NCBI RefSeq assembly: GCF_009914755.1
Contig: NC_060948.1
DNA length: 64,000 nt
Origin: the human T2T-CHM13v2.0 reference genome, Homo sapiens
Direction: 5' to 3' (one strand)
The first letter of the stretch is position 1. The number at the start of each line of letters is the position of its first letter. The position numbers and the translations under genes are program-made. This document shows, one piece after another, positions 12,201-26,600 of this stretch. Under the pieces are notes generated by a model, which saw nothing but the letters and a program-made list of their open reading frames with translations, was not told the origin of the DNA and made no database searches.

Positions 12201-15200
12201 TGGACTAGAGTGAAATGGAATCGAACCACAAGGAATGGACAGGAATAGAATGGTCTCGAATTGAATGGAATCGTATGGAATGGCATCAAACGGAATGGAA
12301 TGGACAGCCACGGAATGGAATGGACACCCACGGAATGGAATGCACTCGAATGCAATGGAGTCGACACTAATGGACTGGAATAGAATGGACTCGACTGGTA
12401 CGGACTCCAATGGAATGGAATCGAATGGAAGGGAATCGAAAGGAATGGACTCGAAGGGAAAAGACTGCAATGGAAAGGTCTCCAATGGAATGGAAATTAA
12501 TGGAATGGGATGGAATCGAATGAAATGGAGTCAAAAGGAATGGAATCGAATGGCAAGAAATCGAATGTAATGGAATCGCAAGGAATTGATGTGAACGGAA
12601 CGGAATGGAATGGAATCCAAAGGAATGGAATAGAATGGAATGGAATCGAATGGAAAGGACTCGAATGGAAATCACTCGAATAGAATGCAATTTAATAAAA
12701 TAGGATCAAATGTAATGGAATGGAATGGAAAGGAATAGAAACGAAAGGAATGGAGACAGATGGAATGGAATGGAACAGAGAGCAATGGTATAGAATGGAA
12801 TGGAATCATCTGGAATGGAATTGAATGGAATGGAATAATATGAAATGGAATGGAATTTAATGGAATGGAATGCCCTTGTATTAAATGGACTGGAATGGAA
12901 TGGACTCGAACAGAGTGGAATGGAAAGTGTTGAAATAGAATGGAATGGACTCGTTTGGAATGGTCTAGTATGCAATGCAATCGACTGGCAGGGAATCAAA
13001 AGGAATGTAATCGAATGGATTGGACTGGAATGCAATGGACTCGAATAGATTGGAAACGGAAAGCAAAGGAATGGAATGGAATAGTATGGAATGGAATGGA
13101 AAGGAATGGAGAGGAATAGACTAGAGTGGAATGGAATGGACTCGAAAGCAATGGACTGGAATGGAACTTTCTTGAATGGACTGGAATCAAAGGGAATGGA
13201 ATGCAATGCAATCAAATGGCATGGAATAAAATAGAATGAAAGAGAATCAAATGGAATTGAATCGAATGGAATCGAATGGATTGGAAAGGAATAGAATGGA
13301 ATGGAATGGAATTGACTCAAATGGAATGGACTAGAATGGAATGGATTCGAATGGAAGGCAAAGGAATGGAATCTATTGGAATGGACTGTAATGGAATGGA
13401 ATGGAAGGGATTGGAATGGACTCGAATGGAATGGACTGCAATAGAAAGGATTCGAATGGAATGAAAAAGAATTGAATGGAATAGAACAGAATGGAATCAA
13501 ATCGAATGAAATGGAATGGAATAGAAAGGAATGGAATGAAATGGAATGGAAAGGATTCGAATGGAATGCAATCGAATGGAATGAAATCGAATGGAATGGA
13601 ATCGAACGGAATGGAATAAAATGGAAGAAAACTGGCAAGAAATGGAGTCGAAATGAATGGAGTGTTATGGAACGGACTCAAAAGGAATTGAATGTAATAG
13701 AATGGAGTGGAGTGGACTCGAATATAATGGACTGGAATGGAATGAAATCACATGGAATGAGAACGAATGGAATGGAATGGAAAGGAATGGAATCGAATGG
13801 AAAGGAATCGAATGGAAGGGAATGAAATTGAATCAACAGGAATGGAAGGGAGTAGAATAGACGGTAATGGAATGGACTCGAATAGAATGGACACGAATGC
13901 TCAAATTGAATGGACTCGAATGGAATGGAAACGAAAGGAATGTCATCGAATGGAATTGAATCGATTGGAATGAAATCACATAGAATGGAGTGGAATCAAA
14001 TGGAATTGAATCGAAAGGAAAGGAAGCGAATGGACTGAAATGAAATGGAATGGAATTGAATGGAAAGTAATGCAATGGAATAGAATGGAACGAAATTTCA
14101 CGGAATGGAATCAAACTGAATGGAATCAAATCAATGGAATATAATCAAATGGAATGGAAAGGAATTGAATGGAGTAGATTGGATTGGATGGGATTGGAAT
14201 GAAATGTACTGGAAAGGACTCGAATTTCATGAAACGGAATGGAATGAATTAGAACGGAATGGACTCGAATGGAATGGAATGTCATGGAATGGCATCAAAT
14301 GGAATGGAATCGAATGCCATGGAATGCTATGGAATGGAATGGAATGCATTGGAATGGAATGTCCTCTAATGGAATGTATTCGAGTGGAATGGAATCGAAT
14401 ATAATGGAGTCTAATGAAAGGGAATTGAAAGGAATGGGACCGAATACAATGGAATATACTGGAATGTAATGTAATGAACTCGAATGTAATTGACTGGAAT
14501 GGAATGTACATGAATGGAATGTAATCGAATGGAAAGCAATCCAATGGAATAGAATCTAATGCAATAAAATGGACTCAAATAGAGTAGAATGTAATGGAAT
14601 GGAGTGCAGGGCAATGGAATGGAATGGAATGGAATGCAATGGAATGGAATGGAATGGAATGGAATGGAATGGGATGGAATGGTATGGAATGGATAGTAAT
14701 GGACTGGAGTGAAATGGACTGGAAAAGAAGGGACTCAAATTGAAAGGGCTCGAAAGGAATGGAGTCAAATGGAATGGTCTGGAATGGAATGAACATGAAT
14801 GTAATGCAATCCAATAGAATGGAATCGAATGGCATGGAATATAAAGAAATGGAATCGAAGAGAATGGAAACAAATGGAATGGAATTGAATGGAATGGAAT
14901 TGAATGGAATGGGAACGAATGGAGTGAAATTGTATGCAGTAGAAGAGAATAGAATGGAATGCAAGCGAAAGGAAAGGAATGGATTGGAATGGAATGGAAT
15001 TCATTGGAATGGAAGGGAATGTAGTGTAATGGACAGGCCTGGAATAAAGTGGAATGCTACGGTCTCGAATGGAATAAAAATGTATGGAATGGAATGCAAT
15101 GAAACGGAATCGAATGTCATAGAATGTAATGGAATGCAAAAAAATGGAATCCAAAATCATTGACTGGAAAGGCTGGGTGTCGAAAGGAATTGACTCCAAT

Positions 15201-18200
15201 GGAATGGAATCGAATGGAATGGAAGTGAATAGAATCGAACTAAATCGAATGGAATGGAATTGATAGGAACGGAATGGAAAGGAATGCAATGATTTGGCAT
15301 GGAATGGAATCGAATGGCATCGAATGGAATGGAATGGAATGCAATGGAATGGAATGTATTAGAATGTAATGAACTTTAATGGAATGTACTCTAATGGATT
15401 CGACTGGAATGGAATGTTCTCGAAGTGAATGGACTCCAATGGAATGGATTCGAAAGGAATGGAATCTAATGGAATGGAATTAAATGGAAATGAATCAAAT
15501 TGAATAGAACGGAATTGAATTGAATGGAATCGAATGCAATGGAATCTAATGAAACGGAAAGGAAAGGAATGGAATGGATTGGAATGGAATGGGCTGGAAT
15601 GGAATGGAATCGAAACGAATGGAATGGAATCGAACTGAAGAGACTGGAATGGAATGCACTGGAATGGAAGGGAATGTAATGGAAGGTTCTCGAAAAAAAT
15701 GGAATCGAAAGGAATGGAATTGAATGGAACGGAATAGAGTCGAATGGAATTGAATGGAATGGAATGGACTAGAGTGAAATGGAATCGAACCACAAGGAAT
15801 GGACAGGAATACAATGGTCTCGAATTGAATGGAATCGTATGGAATGGCATCAAACGGAATGGAATGGACAGCCACGGAATGGAATGGACACCCACGGAAT
15901 GGAATGCACTCGAATGCAATGGAGTCGACAATAATGGACTGGAATAGAATGGACTCGACTGGTACGGACTCCAATGGAATGGAATCGAATGGAAGGGAAT
16001 CGAACGGAATGGACTCGAAGGGAAAAGACTGCAATGGAAAGGTCTCCAATGGAATGGAAATTAATGGAATGGAATGGAATCGAACGAAATGGAGTCAAAA
16101 GGAATGGAATCGAATGGCAAGAAATCGAATGTAATGGAATCGCAAGGAATTGATGTGAACGGAACGGAATGGAATGGAATCCAAAGGAATGGAATAGAAT
16201 GGAATGGAATCGAATGGAAAGGACTCGAATGGAAATCACTCGAATAGAATGCAATTTAATAAAATAGGATCAAATGTAATGGAATGGAATGGAAAGGAAT
16301 CGAAACGAAAGGAAAGGAGACAGATGGAATGGAATGGAACAGAGAGCAATGGTATAGAATGGAATGGAATCATCTGGAATGGAAGTGAATGGAATGGAAT
16401 AATATGAAATGGAATGGAATTTAATGGAATGGAATGCCCTTGTATTAAATGGACTGGAATGGAATGGACTCGAACAGAGTGGAATGGAAAGTGTTGAAAT
16501 AGAATGGAATGGACTCGTTTGGAATGGTCTAGTATGCAATGCAATCGACTGGCAGGGAATCAAAAGGAATGTAATCGAATGGATTGGACTGGAATGCAAT
16601 GGACTCGAATAGATTGGAAACGGAAAGCAAAGGAATGGAATGGAATAGTATGGAATGGAATGGAAAGGAATGGAGAGGAATAGACTAGAGTGGAATGGAA
16701 TGGACTCGAAAGCAATGGACTGGAATGGAACTTTCTTGAATGGACTGGAATCAAACGGAATGGAATGCAATGCAATCAAATGGCATGGAATAAAATAGAA
16801 TGAAAGAGAATCAAATGGAATTGAATCGAATGGAATCGAATGGATTGGAAAGGAATAGAATGGAATGGAATGGAATTGACTCAAATGGAATGGACTAGAA
16901 TGGAATGGATTCGAATGGAAGGCAAAGGAATGGAATCTATTGGAATGGACTGTAATGGAATGGAATGGAAGGGATTGGAATGGACTCGAATGGAATGGAC
17001 TGCAATAGAAAGGATTCGAATGGAATGAAAAAGAATTGAATGGAATAGAACAGAATGGAATCAAATCGAATGAAATGGAATGGAATAGAAAGGAATGGAA
17101 TGAAATGGAATGGAAAGGATTCGAATGGAATGCAATCGAATGGAATGAAATCGAATGGAATGGAATCGAACGGAATGGAATAAAATGGAAGAAAACTGGC
17201 AAGAAATGGAGTCGAAATGAATGGAGTGTTATGGAACGGACTCAAAAGGAATTGAATGTAATAGAATGGAGTGGAGTGGACTCGAATATAATGGACTGGA
17301 ATGGAATGAAATCACATGGAATGGGAACGAATGGAATGGAATGGAAAGGAATGGAATCGAATGGAAAGGAATCGAATGGAAGGGAATGAAATTGAATCAA
17401 CAGGAATGGAAGGGAGTAGAATAGACGGTAATGGAATGGACTCGAATAGAATGGACACGAATGCTCAAATTGAATGGACTCGAATGGAATGGAAACGAAA
17501 GGAATGTCATCGAATGGAATTGAATCGATTGGAATGAAATCACATAGAATGGAGTGGAATCAAATGGAATTGAATCGAAAGGAAAGGAAGCGAATGGACT
17601 GAAATGAAATGGAATGGAATTGAATGGAAAGTAATGCAATGGAATAGAATGGAACGAAATTTCACGGAATGGAATCAAACTGAATGGAATCAAATCAATG
17701 GAATATAATCAAATGGAATGGAAAGGAATTGAATGGAGTAGATTGGATTGGATGGGATTGGAATGAAATGTACTGGAAAGGACTCGAATTTCATGAAACG
17801 GAATGGAATGAATTAGAACGGAATGGACTCGAATGGAATGGAATGTCATGGAATGGCATCAAATGGAATGGAATCGAATGCCATGGAATGCTATGGAATG
17901 GAATGGAATGCATTGGAATGGAATGTCCTCTAATGGAATGTATTCGAGTGGAATGGAATCGAATATAATGGAGTCTAATGAAAGGGAATTGAAAGGAATG
18001 GGACCGAATACAATGGAATATACTGGAATGTAATGTAATGAACTCGAATGTAATTGACTGGAATGGAATGTACATGAATGGAATGTAATCGAATGGAAAG
18101 CAATCCAATGGAATAGAATCTAATGCAATAAAATGGACTCAAATAGAGTAGAATGTAATGGAATGGAGTGCAGGGCAATGGAATGGAATGGAATGGAATG

Positions 18201-21200
18201 CAATGGAATGGAATGGAATGGAATGGAATGGAATGGGATGGAATGGTATGGAATGGATAGTAATGGACTGGAGTGAAATGGACTGGAAAAGAAGGGACTC
18301 AAATTGAAAGGGCTCGAAAGGAATGGAGTCAAATGGAATGGTCTGGAATGGAATGAACATGAATGTAATGCAATCCAATAGAATGGAATCGAATGGCATG
18401 GAATATAAAGAAATGGAATCGAAGAGAATGGAAACAAATGGAATGGAATTGAATGGAATGGAATTGAATGGAATGGGAACGAATGGAGTGAAATTGTATG
18501 CAGTAGAAGAGAATAGAATGGAATGCAAGCGAAAGGAAAGGAATGGATTGGAATGGAATGGAATTCATTGGAATGGAAGGGAATGTAGTGTAATGGACAG
18601 GCCTGGAATAAAGTGGAATGCTACGGTCTCGAATGGAATAAAAATGTATGGAATGGAATGCAATGAAACGGAATCGAATGTCATAGAATGTAATGGAATG
18701 CAAAAAAATGGAATCCAAAATCATTGACTGGAAAGGCTGGGTGTCGAAAGGAATTGACTCCAATGGAATGGAATCGAATGGAATGGAAGTGAATAGAATC
18801 GAACTAAATCGAATGGAATGGAATTGATAGGAACGGAATGGAAAGGAATGCAATGATTTGGCATGGAATGGAATCGAATGGCATCGAATGGAATGGAATG
18901 GAATGCAATGGAATGGAATGTATTAGAATGTAATGAACTTTAATGGAATGTACTCTAATGGATTCGACTGGAATGGAATGTTCTCGAAGTGAATGGACTC
19001 CAATGGAATGGATTCGAAAGGAATGGAATCTAATGGAATGGAATTAAATGGAAATGAATCAAATTGAATAGAACGGAATTGAATTGAATGGAATCGAATG
19101 CAATGGAATCTAATGAAACGGAAAGGAAAGGAATGGAATGGATTGGAATGGAATGGGCTGGAATGGAATGGAATCGAAACGAATGGAATGGAATCGAACT
19201 GAAGAGACTGGAATGGAATGCACTGGAATGGAAGGGAATGTAATGGAAGGTTCTCGAAAAAAATGGAATCGAAAGGAATGGAATTGAATGGAACGGAATA
19301 GAGTCGAATGGAATTGAATGGAATGGAATGGACTAGAGTGAAATGGAATCGAACCACAAGGAATGGACAGGAATACAATGGTCTCGAATTGAATGGAATC
19401 GTATGGAATGGCATCAAACGGAATGGAATGGACAGCCACGGAATGGAATGGACACCCACGGAATGGAATGCACTCGAATGCAATGGAGTCGACAATAATG
19501 GACTGGAATAGAATGGACTCGACTGGTACGGACTCCAATGGAATGGAATCGAATGGAAGGGAATCGAACGGAATGGACTCGAAGGGAAAAGACTGCAATG
19601 GAAAGGTCTCCAATGGAATGGAAATTAATGGAATGGAATGGAATCGAACGAAATGGAGTCAAAAGGAATGGAATCGAATGGCAAGAAATCGAATGTAATG
19701 GAATCGCAAGGAATTGATGTGAACGGAACGGAATGGAATGGAATCCAAAGGAATGGAATAGAATGGAATGGAATCGAATGGAAAGGACTCGAATGGAAAT
19801 CACTCGAATAGAATGCAATTTAATAAAATAGGATCAAATGTAATGGAATGGAATGGAAAGGAATCGAAACGAAAGGAAAGGAGACAGATGGAATGGAATG
19901 GAACAGAGAGCAATGGTATAGAATGGAATGGAATCATCTGGAATGGAAGTGAATGGAATGGAATAATATGAAATGGAATGGAATTTAATGGAATGGAATG
20001 CCCTTGTATTAAATGGACTGGAATGGAATGGACTCGAACAGAGTGGAATGGAAAGTGTTGAAATAGAATGGAATGGACTCGTTTGGAATGGTCTAGTATG
20101 CAATGCAATCGACTGGCAGGGAATCAAAAGGAATGTAATCGAATGGATTGGACTGGAATGCAATGGACTCGAATAGATTGGAAACGGAAAGCAAAGGAAT
20201 GGAATGGAATAGTATGGAATGGAATGGAAAGGAATGGAGAGGAATAGACTAGAGTGGAATGGAATGGACTCGAAAGCAATGGACTGGAATGGAACTTTCT
20301 TGAATGGACTGGAATCAAACGGAATGGAATGCAATGCAATCAAATGGCATGGAATAAAATAGAATGAAAGAGAATCAAATGGAATTGAATCGAATGGAAT
20401 CGAATGGATTGGAAAGGAATAGAATGGAATGGAATGGAATTGACTCAAATGGAATGGACTAGAATGGAATGGATTCGAATGGAAGGCAAAGGAATGGAAT
20501 CTATTGGAATGGACTGTAATGGAATGGAATGGAAGGGATTGGAATGGACTCGAATGGAATGGACTGCAATAGAAAGGATTCGAATGGAATGAAAAAGAAT
20601 TGAATGGAATAGAACAGAATGGAATCAAATCGAATGAAATGGAATGGAATAGAAAGGAATGGAATGAAATGGAATGGAAAGGATTCGAATGGAATGCAAT
20701 CGAATGGAATGAAATCGAATGGAATGGAATCGAACGGAATGGAATAAAATGGAAGAAAACTGGCAAGAAATGGAGTCGAAATGAATGGAGTGTTATGGAA
20801 CGGACTCAAAAGGAATTGAATGTAATAGAATGGAGTGGAGTGGACTCGAATATAATGGACTGGAATGGAATGAAATCACATGGAATGGGAACGAATGGAA
20901 TGGAATGGAAAGGAATGGAATCGAATGGAAAGGAATCGAATGGAAGGGAATGAAATTGAATCAACAGGAATGGAAGGGAGTAGAATAGACGGTAATGGAA
21001 TGGACTCGAATAGAATGGACACGAATGCTCAAATTGAATGGACTCGAATGGAATGGAAACGAAAGGAATGTCATCGAATGGAATTGAATCGATTGGAATG
21101 AAATCACATAGAATGGAGTGGAATCAAATGGAATTGAATCGAAAGGAAAGGAAGCGAATGGACTGAAATGAAATGGAATGGAATTGAATGGAAAGTAATG

Positions 21201-23600
21201 CAATGGAATAGAATGGAACGAAATTTCACGGAATGGAATCAAACTGAATGGAATCAAATCAATGGAATATAATCAAATGGAATGGAAAGGAATTGAATGG
21301 AGTAGATTGGATTGGATGGGATTGGAATGAAATGTACTGGAAAGGACTCGAATTTCATGAAACGGAATGGAATGAATTAGAACGGAATGGACTCGAATGG
21401 AATGGAATGTCATGGAATGGCATCAAATGGAATGGAATCGAATGCCATGGAATGCTATGGAATGGAATGGAATGCATTGGAATGGAATGTCCTCTAATGG
21501 AATGTATTCGAGTGGAATGGAATCGAATATAATGGAGTCTAATGAAAGGGAATTGAAAGGAATGGGACCGAATACAATGGAATATACTGGAATGTAATGT
21601 AATGAACTCGAATGTAATTGACTGGAATGGAATGTACATGAATGGAATGTAATCGAATGGAAAGCAATCCAATGGAATAGAATCTAATGCAATAAAATGG
21701 ACTCAAATAGAGTAGAATGTAATGGAATGGAGTGCAGGGCAATGGAATGGAATGGAATGGAATGCAATGGAATGGAATGGAATGGAATGGGATGGAATGG
21801 TATGGAATGGATAGTAATGGACTGGAGTGAAATGGACTGGAAAAGAAGGGACTCAAATTGAAAGGGCTCGAAAGGAATGGAGTCAAATGGAATGGTCTGG
21901 AATGGAATGAACATGAATGTAATGCAATCCAATAGAATGGAATCGAATGGCATGGAATATAAAGAAATGGAATCGAAGAGAATGGAAACAAATGGAATGG
22001 AATTGAATGGAATGGAATTGAATGGAATGGGAACGAATGGAGTGAAATTGTATGCAGTAGAAGAGAATAGAATGGAATGCAAGCGAAAGGAAAGGAATGG
22101 ATTGGAATGGAATGGAATTCATTGGAATGGAAGGGAATGTAGTGTAATGGACAGGCCTGGAATAAAGTGGAATGCTACGGTCTCGAATGGAATAAAAATG
22201 TATGGAATGGAATGCAATGAAACGGAATCGAATGTCATAGAATGTAATGGAATGCAAAAAAATGGAATCCAAAATCATTGACTGGAAAGGCTGGGTGTCG
22301 AAAGGAATTGACTCCAATGGAATGGAATCGAATGGAATGGAAGTGAATAGAATGGAACTAAATCGAATGGAATGGAATTGATAGGAACGGAATGGAAAGG
22401 AATGCAATGATTTGGCATGGAATGGAATCGAATGGCATCGAATGGAATGGAATGGAATGCAATGGAATGGAATGTATTAGAATGTAATGAACTTTAATGG
22501 AATGTACTCGAATGGATTCGACTGGAATGGAATGTTCTCGAAGTGAATGGACTCCAATGGAATGGATTCGAAAGGAATGGAATCTAATGGAATGGAATGA
22601 AATGGAAATGAATCAAATTGAATAGAACGGAATTGAATTGAATGGAATCGAATGCAATGGAATCTAATGAAACGGAAAGGAAAGGAATGGAATGGATTGG
22701 AATGGAATGGGCTGGAATGGAATGGAATCGAAACGAATGGAATGGAATCGAACTGAAGAGACTGGAATGGAATGCACTGGAATGGAAGGGAATGTAATGG
22801 AAGGTTCTCGAAAAAAATGGAATCGAAAGGAATGGAATTGAATGGAACGGAATAGAGTCGAATGGAGTTCAATGGAATGGAATGGACTAGAGTGAAATGG
22901 AATCGAACCACAAGGAATGGACAGGAATAGAATGGTCTCGAATTGAATGGAATCGTATGGAATGGCATCAAACGGAATGGAATGGACAGCCACGGAATGG
23001 AATGGACACCCACGGAATGGAATGCACTCGAATGCAATGGAGTCGACACTAATGGACTGGAATAGAATGGACTCGACTGGTACGGACTCCAATGGAATGG
23101 AATCGAATGGAAGGGAATCGAACGGAATGGACTCGAAGGGAAAAGACTGCAATGGAAAGGTCTCCAATGGAATGGAAATTAATGGAATGGAATGGAATCG
23201 AATGAAATGGAGTCAAAAGGAATGGAATCGAATGGCAAGAAATCGAATGTAATGGAATCGCAAGGAATTGATGTGAACGGAACGGAATGGAATGGAATCC
23301 AAAGGAATGGAATAGAATGGAATGGAATCGAATGGAAAGGACTCGAATGGAAATCACTCGAATAGAATGCAATTTAATAAAATAGGATCAAATGTAATGG
23401 AATGGAATGGAAAGGAATCGAAACGAAAGGAATGGAGACAGATGGAATGGAATGGAACAGAGAGCAATGGTATAGAATGGAATGGAATCATCTGGAATGG
23501 AATTGAATGGAATGGAATAATATGAAATGGAATGGAATGGAATGGAATGTCCTTGAATTAAATGGACTGGAATGGAATGGACTCGAACAGAGTGGAATGG

Positions 23601-26600
23601 AAAGTGTTGAAATAGAATGGAATGGACTCGTTTGGAATGGTCTAGTATGCAATGCAATAGACTGGCAGGGAATCAAAAGGAATGTAATCGAATGGATTGG
23701 ACTGGAATGCAATGGACTCGAATAGATTGGAAACGGAAAGCAAAGGAATGGAATGGAATAGTATGGAATGGAATGCAAAGGAATGGAGTGGAATAGACTA
23801 GAGTGGAATGGAATGGAGTCGAAAGCAATGGACTGGAATGGAACTTTCTTGAATGGACTGGAATCAAACGGAATGGAATGCAATGCAATCAAATGGCATG
23901 GAATAAAATAGAATGAAAGAGAATCAAATGGAATTGAATCGAATGGAATCGAATGGATTGGAAAGGAATAGAATGGAATGGAATGGAATTGACTCAAATG
24001 GAATGGACTAGAATGGAATGGATTCGAATGGAAGGCAAAGGAATGGAATCTATTGGAATGGACTGTAATGGAATGGAATGGAAGGGATTGGAATGGACTC
24101 GAATGGAATGGACTGCAGTAGAAAGGATTCGAATGGAATGAAAAAGAATTGAATGGAATAGAACAGAATGGAATCAAATCGAATGAAATGGAATGGAATA
24201 GAAAGGAATGGAATGAAATGGAATGGAAAGGATTCGAATGGAATGCAATCGAATGGAATGCAATCGAATGGAATGGAATCGAACGGAATGGAATAAAATG
24301 GAAGAAAACTGGCAAGAAATGGAATCGAAATGAATGGAGTGTTATGGAACGGACTCAAAAGGAATTGAATGTAATAGAATGGAGTGGAGTGGACTCGAAT
24401 ATAATGGACTAGAATGGAATGAAATCACATGGAATGGGAACGAATGGAATGGAATGGAAAGGAATGGAATCGAATGGAAAGGAATCGAATGGAAGGGAAT
24501 GAAATTGAATCAACAGGAATGGAAGGGAGTAGAATAGACGGTAATGGAATGGACTCGAATAGAATGGACACGAATGCTCAAATTGAATGGACTCGAATGG
24601 AATGGCAACGAAAGGAATGTCATCGAATGGAATTGAATCGATTGGAATGAAATCACATAGAATGGAGTGGAATCAAATGGAATTGAATCGAAAGGAAAGG
24701 AAGCGAATGGACTGAAATGAAATGGAATGGAATTGAATGGAAATTAATGCAATGGAATAGAATGGAACGAAATTTCACGGAATGGAATCAAACTGAATGG
24801 AATCAAATCAATGGAATATAATCAAATGGAATGGAAAGGAATTGAATGGAGTAGATTGAATTGGATGGGATTGGAATGAAATGTACTGGAAAGGACTCGA
24901 ATTTCATGAAACGGAATGGAATGAATTAGAACGGAATGGACTCGAATGGAATGGAATGTCATGGAATGGCATCAAATGGAATGGAATCGAATGCGATGGA
25001 ATGCTATGGAATGGAATGGAATGCATTGGAGTGGAATGTCCTCTAATGGAATGTATTCGAGTGGAATGGAATCGAATATAATGGAGTCTAATGAAATGGA
25101 ATTGAAAGGAATGGGACCGAATACAATGGAATATACTGGAATGTAATGTAATGAACTCGAATGTAATTGACTGGAATGGAATGTACATGAATGGAATGTA
25201 ATCTAATGGAAAGCAATCCAATGGAATAGAATCTAATGCAATAAAATCGACTCAAATAGAGTAGAATGTAATGGAATGGAGTGCAGTGCAATGGAATGGA
25301 ATGGAATGGAATGCAATGGAATGGAATGGAATGGAATGGGATGGAATGGTATGGAATGGATAGTAATGGACTGGAGTGAAATGGACTGGAAAAGAATGGA
25401 CTCAAATTGAAAGGGCTCGAAAGGAATGGAGTCAAATGGAATGGTCTGGAATGGAATGAACACGAATGTAATGCAATCCAATAAATGGAATCGAATGGCA
25501 TGGAATATAAAGAAATGGAATCGAAGAGAATGGAAACAAATGGAATGGAATTGAATGGAATGGAATTGAATGGAATGGGAACGAATGGAGTGAAATTGTA
25601 TGCAGTAGAAGAGAATAGAATGGAATGCAAGCGAAAGGAAAGGAATGGATTGGAATGGAATGGAATTCATTGGAATGGAAGGGAATGTAGTGTAATGGAC
25701 AGGCCTGGAATAAAGTGGAATGCTACGGTCTCGAATGGAATAAAAATGTATGGAACGGAATGCAATGAAACGGAATCGAATGTCATAGAATGTAATGGAA
25801 TGCAAAAAAATGGACTCCAAAATCATTGACTGGAAAGGGTGGGTGTCGAAAGGAATTGACTCCAATGGAATGGAATCGAATGGAATGGAAGTGAATAGAA
25901 TGGAACTAAATCGAATGGAATGGAATTGATAGGAACGGAATGGAAAGGAATGCAATGATTTGGCATGGAATGGAATCGAATGGCATCTCATGGAATGGAA
26001 TGGAATGCAATGGAATGGAATGTATTAGAATGTAATGAACTTTAATGGAATGTACTCGAATGGATTCGACTGGAATGGAATGTTCTCGAAGTGAATGGAC
26101 TCCAATGGAATGGATTCGAAAGGAATGGAATCTAATGGAATGGAATTAAATGGAAATGAATCAAATTGAATAGAACGGAATTGAATTGAATGGAATCGAA
26201 TGCAATGGAATCTAATGAAACGGAAAGGAAAGGAATGGAATGGATTGGAATGGAATGGGCTGGAATGGAATGGAATCGAAACGAATGGAATGGAATCGAA
26301 GTGAAGAGACTGGAATGGAATGCACTGGAATGGAAGGGAATGTAATGGAAGGTTCTCGAAAAAAATGGAATCGAAAGGAATGGAATTGAATGGAACGGAA
26401 TAGAGTCGAATGGAGTTCAATGGAATGGAATGGACTAGAGTGAAATGAAATCGAACCACAAGGAATGGACAGGAATAGAATGGTCTCGAATTGAATGGAA
26501 TCGTATGGAATGGCATCAAACGGAATGGAATGGACGGCCACGGAATGGAATGCACTCGAATGCAATGGAGTCGAAACTAATGGACTGGAATAGAATGGAC

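Larger units (their letters stand above)
5899..23600 (+). repeat. Copy A of a 5-unit (~17.75 kb) higher-order tandem duplication
   Basis: Rare variants recur at offsets of +17744 to +17760, e.g. GGACGGCC 8777/26536, GCAATAGACT 5899/23659, GAATGTCCTT 23550/41294. Confidence 0.85.

Noticed and set aside
12706-13638. Longest ORF class (310 aa, minus strand; six copies)
   Set aside because: It is longer than the 275-aa version only because a 5-bp insertion shifts the frame. It is low-complexity with no coding evidence.
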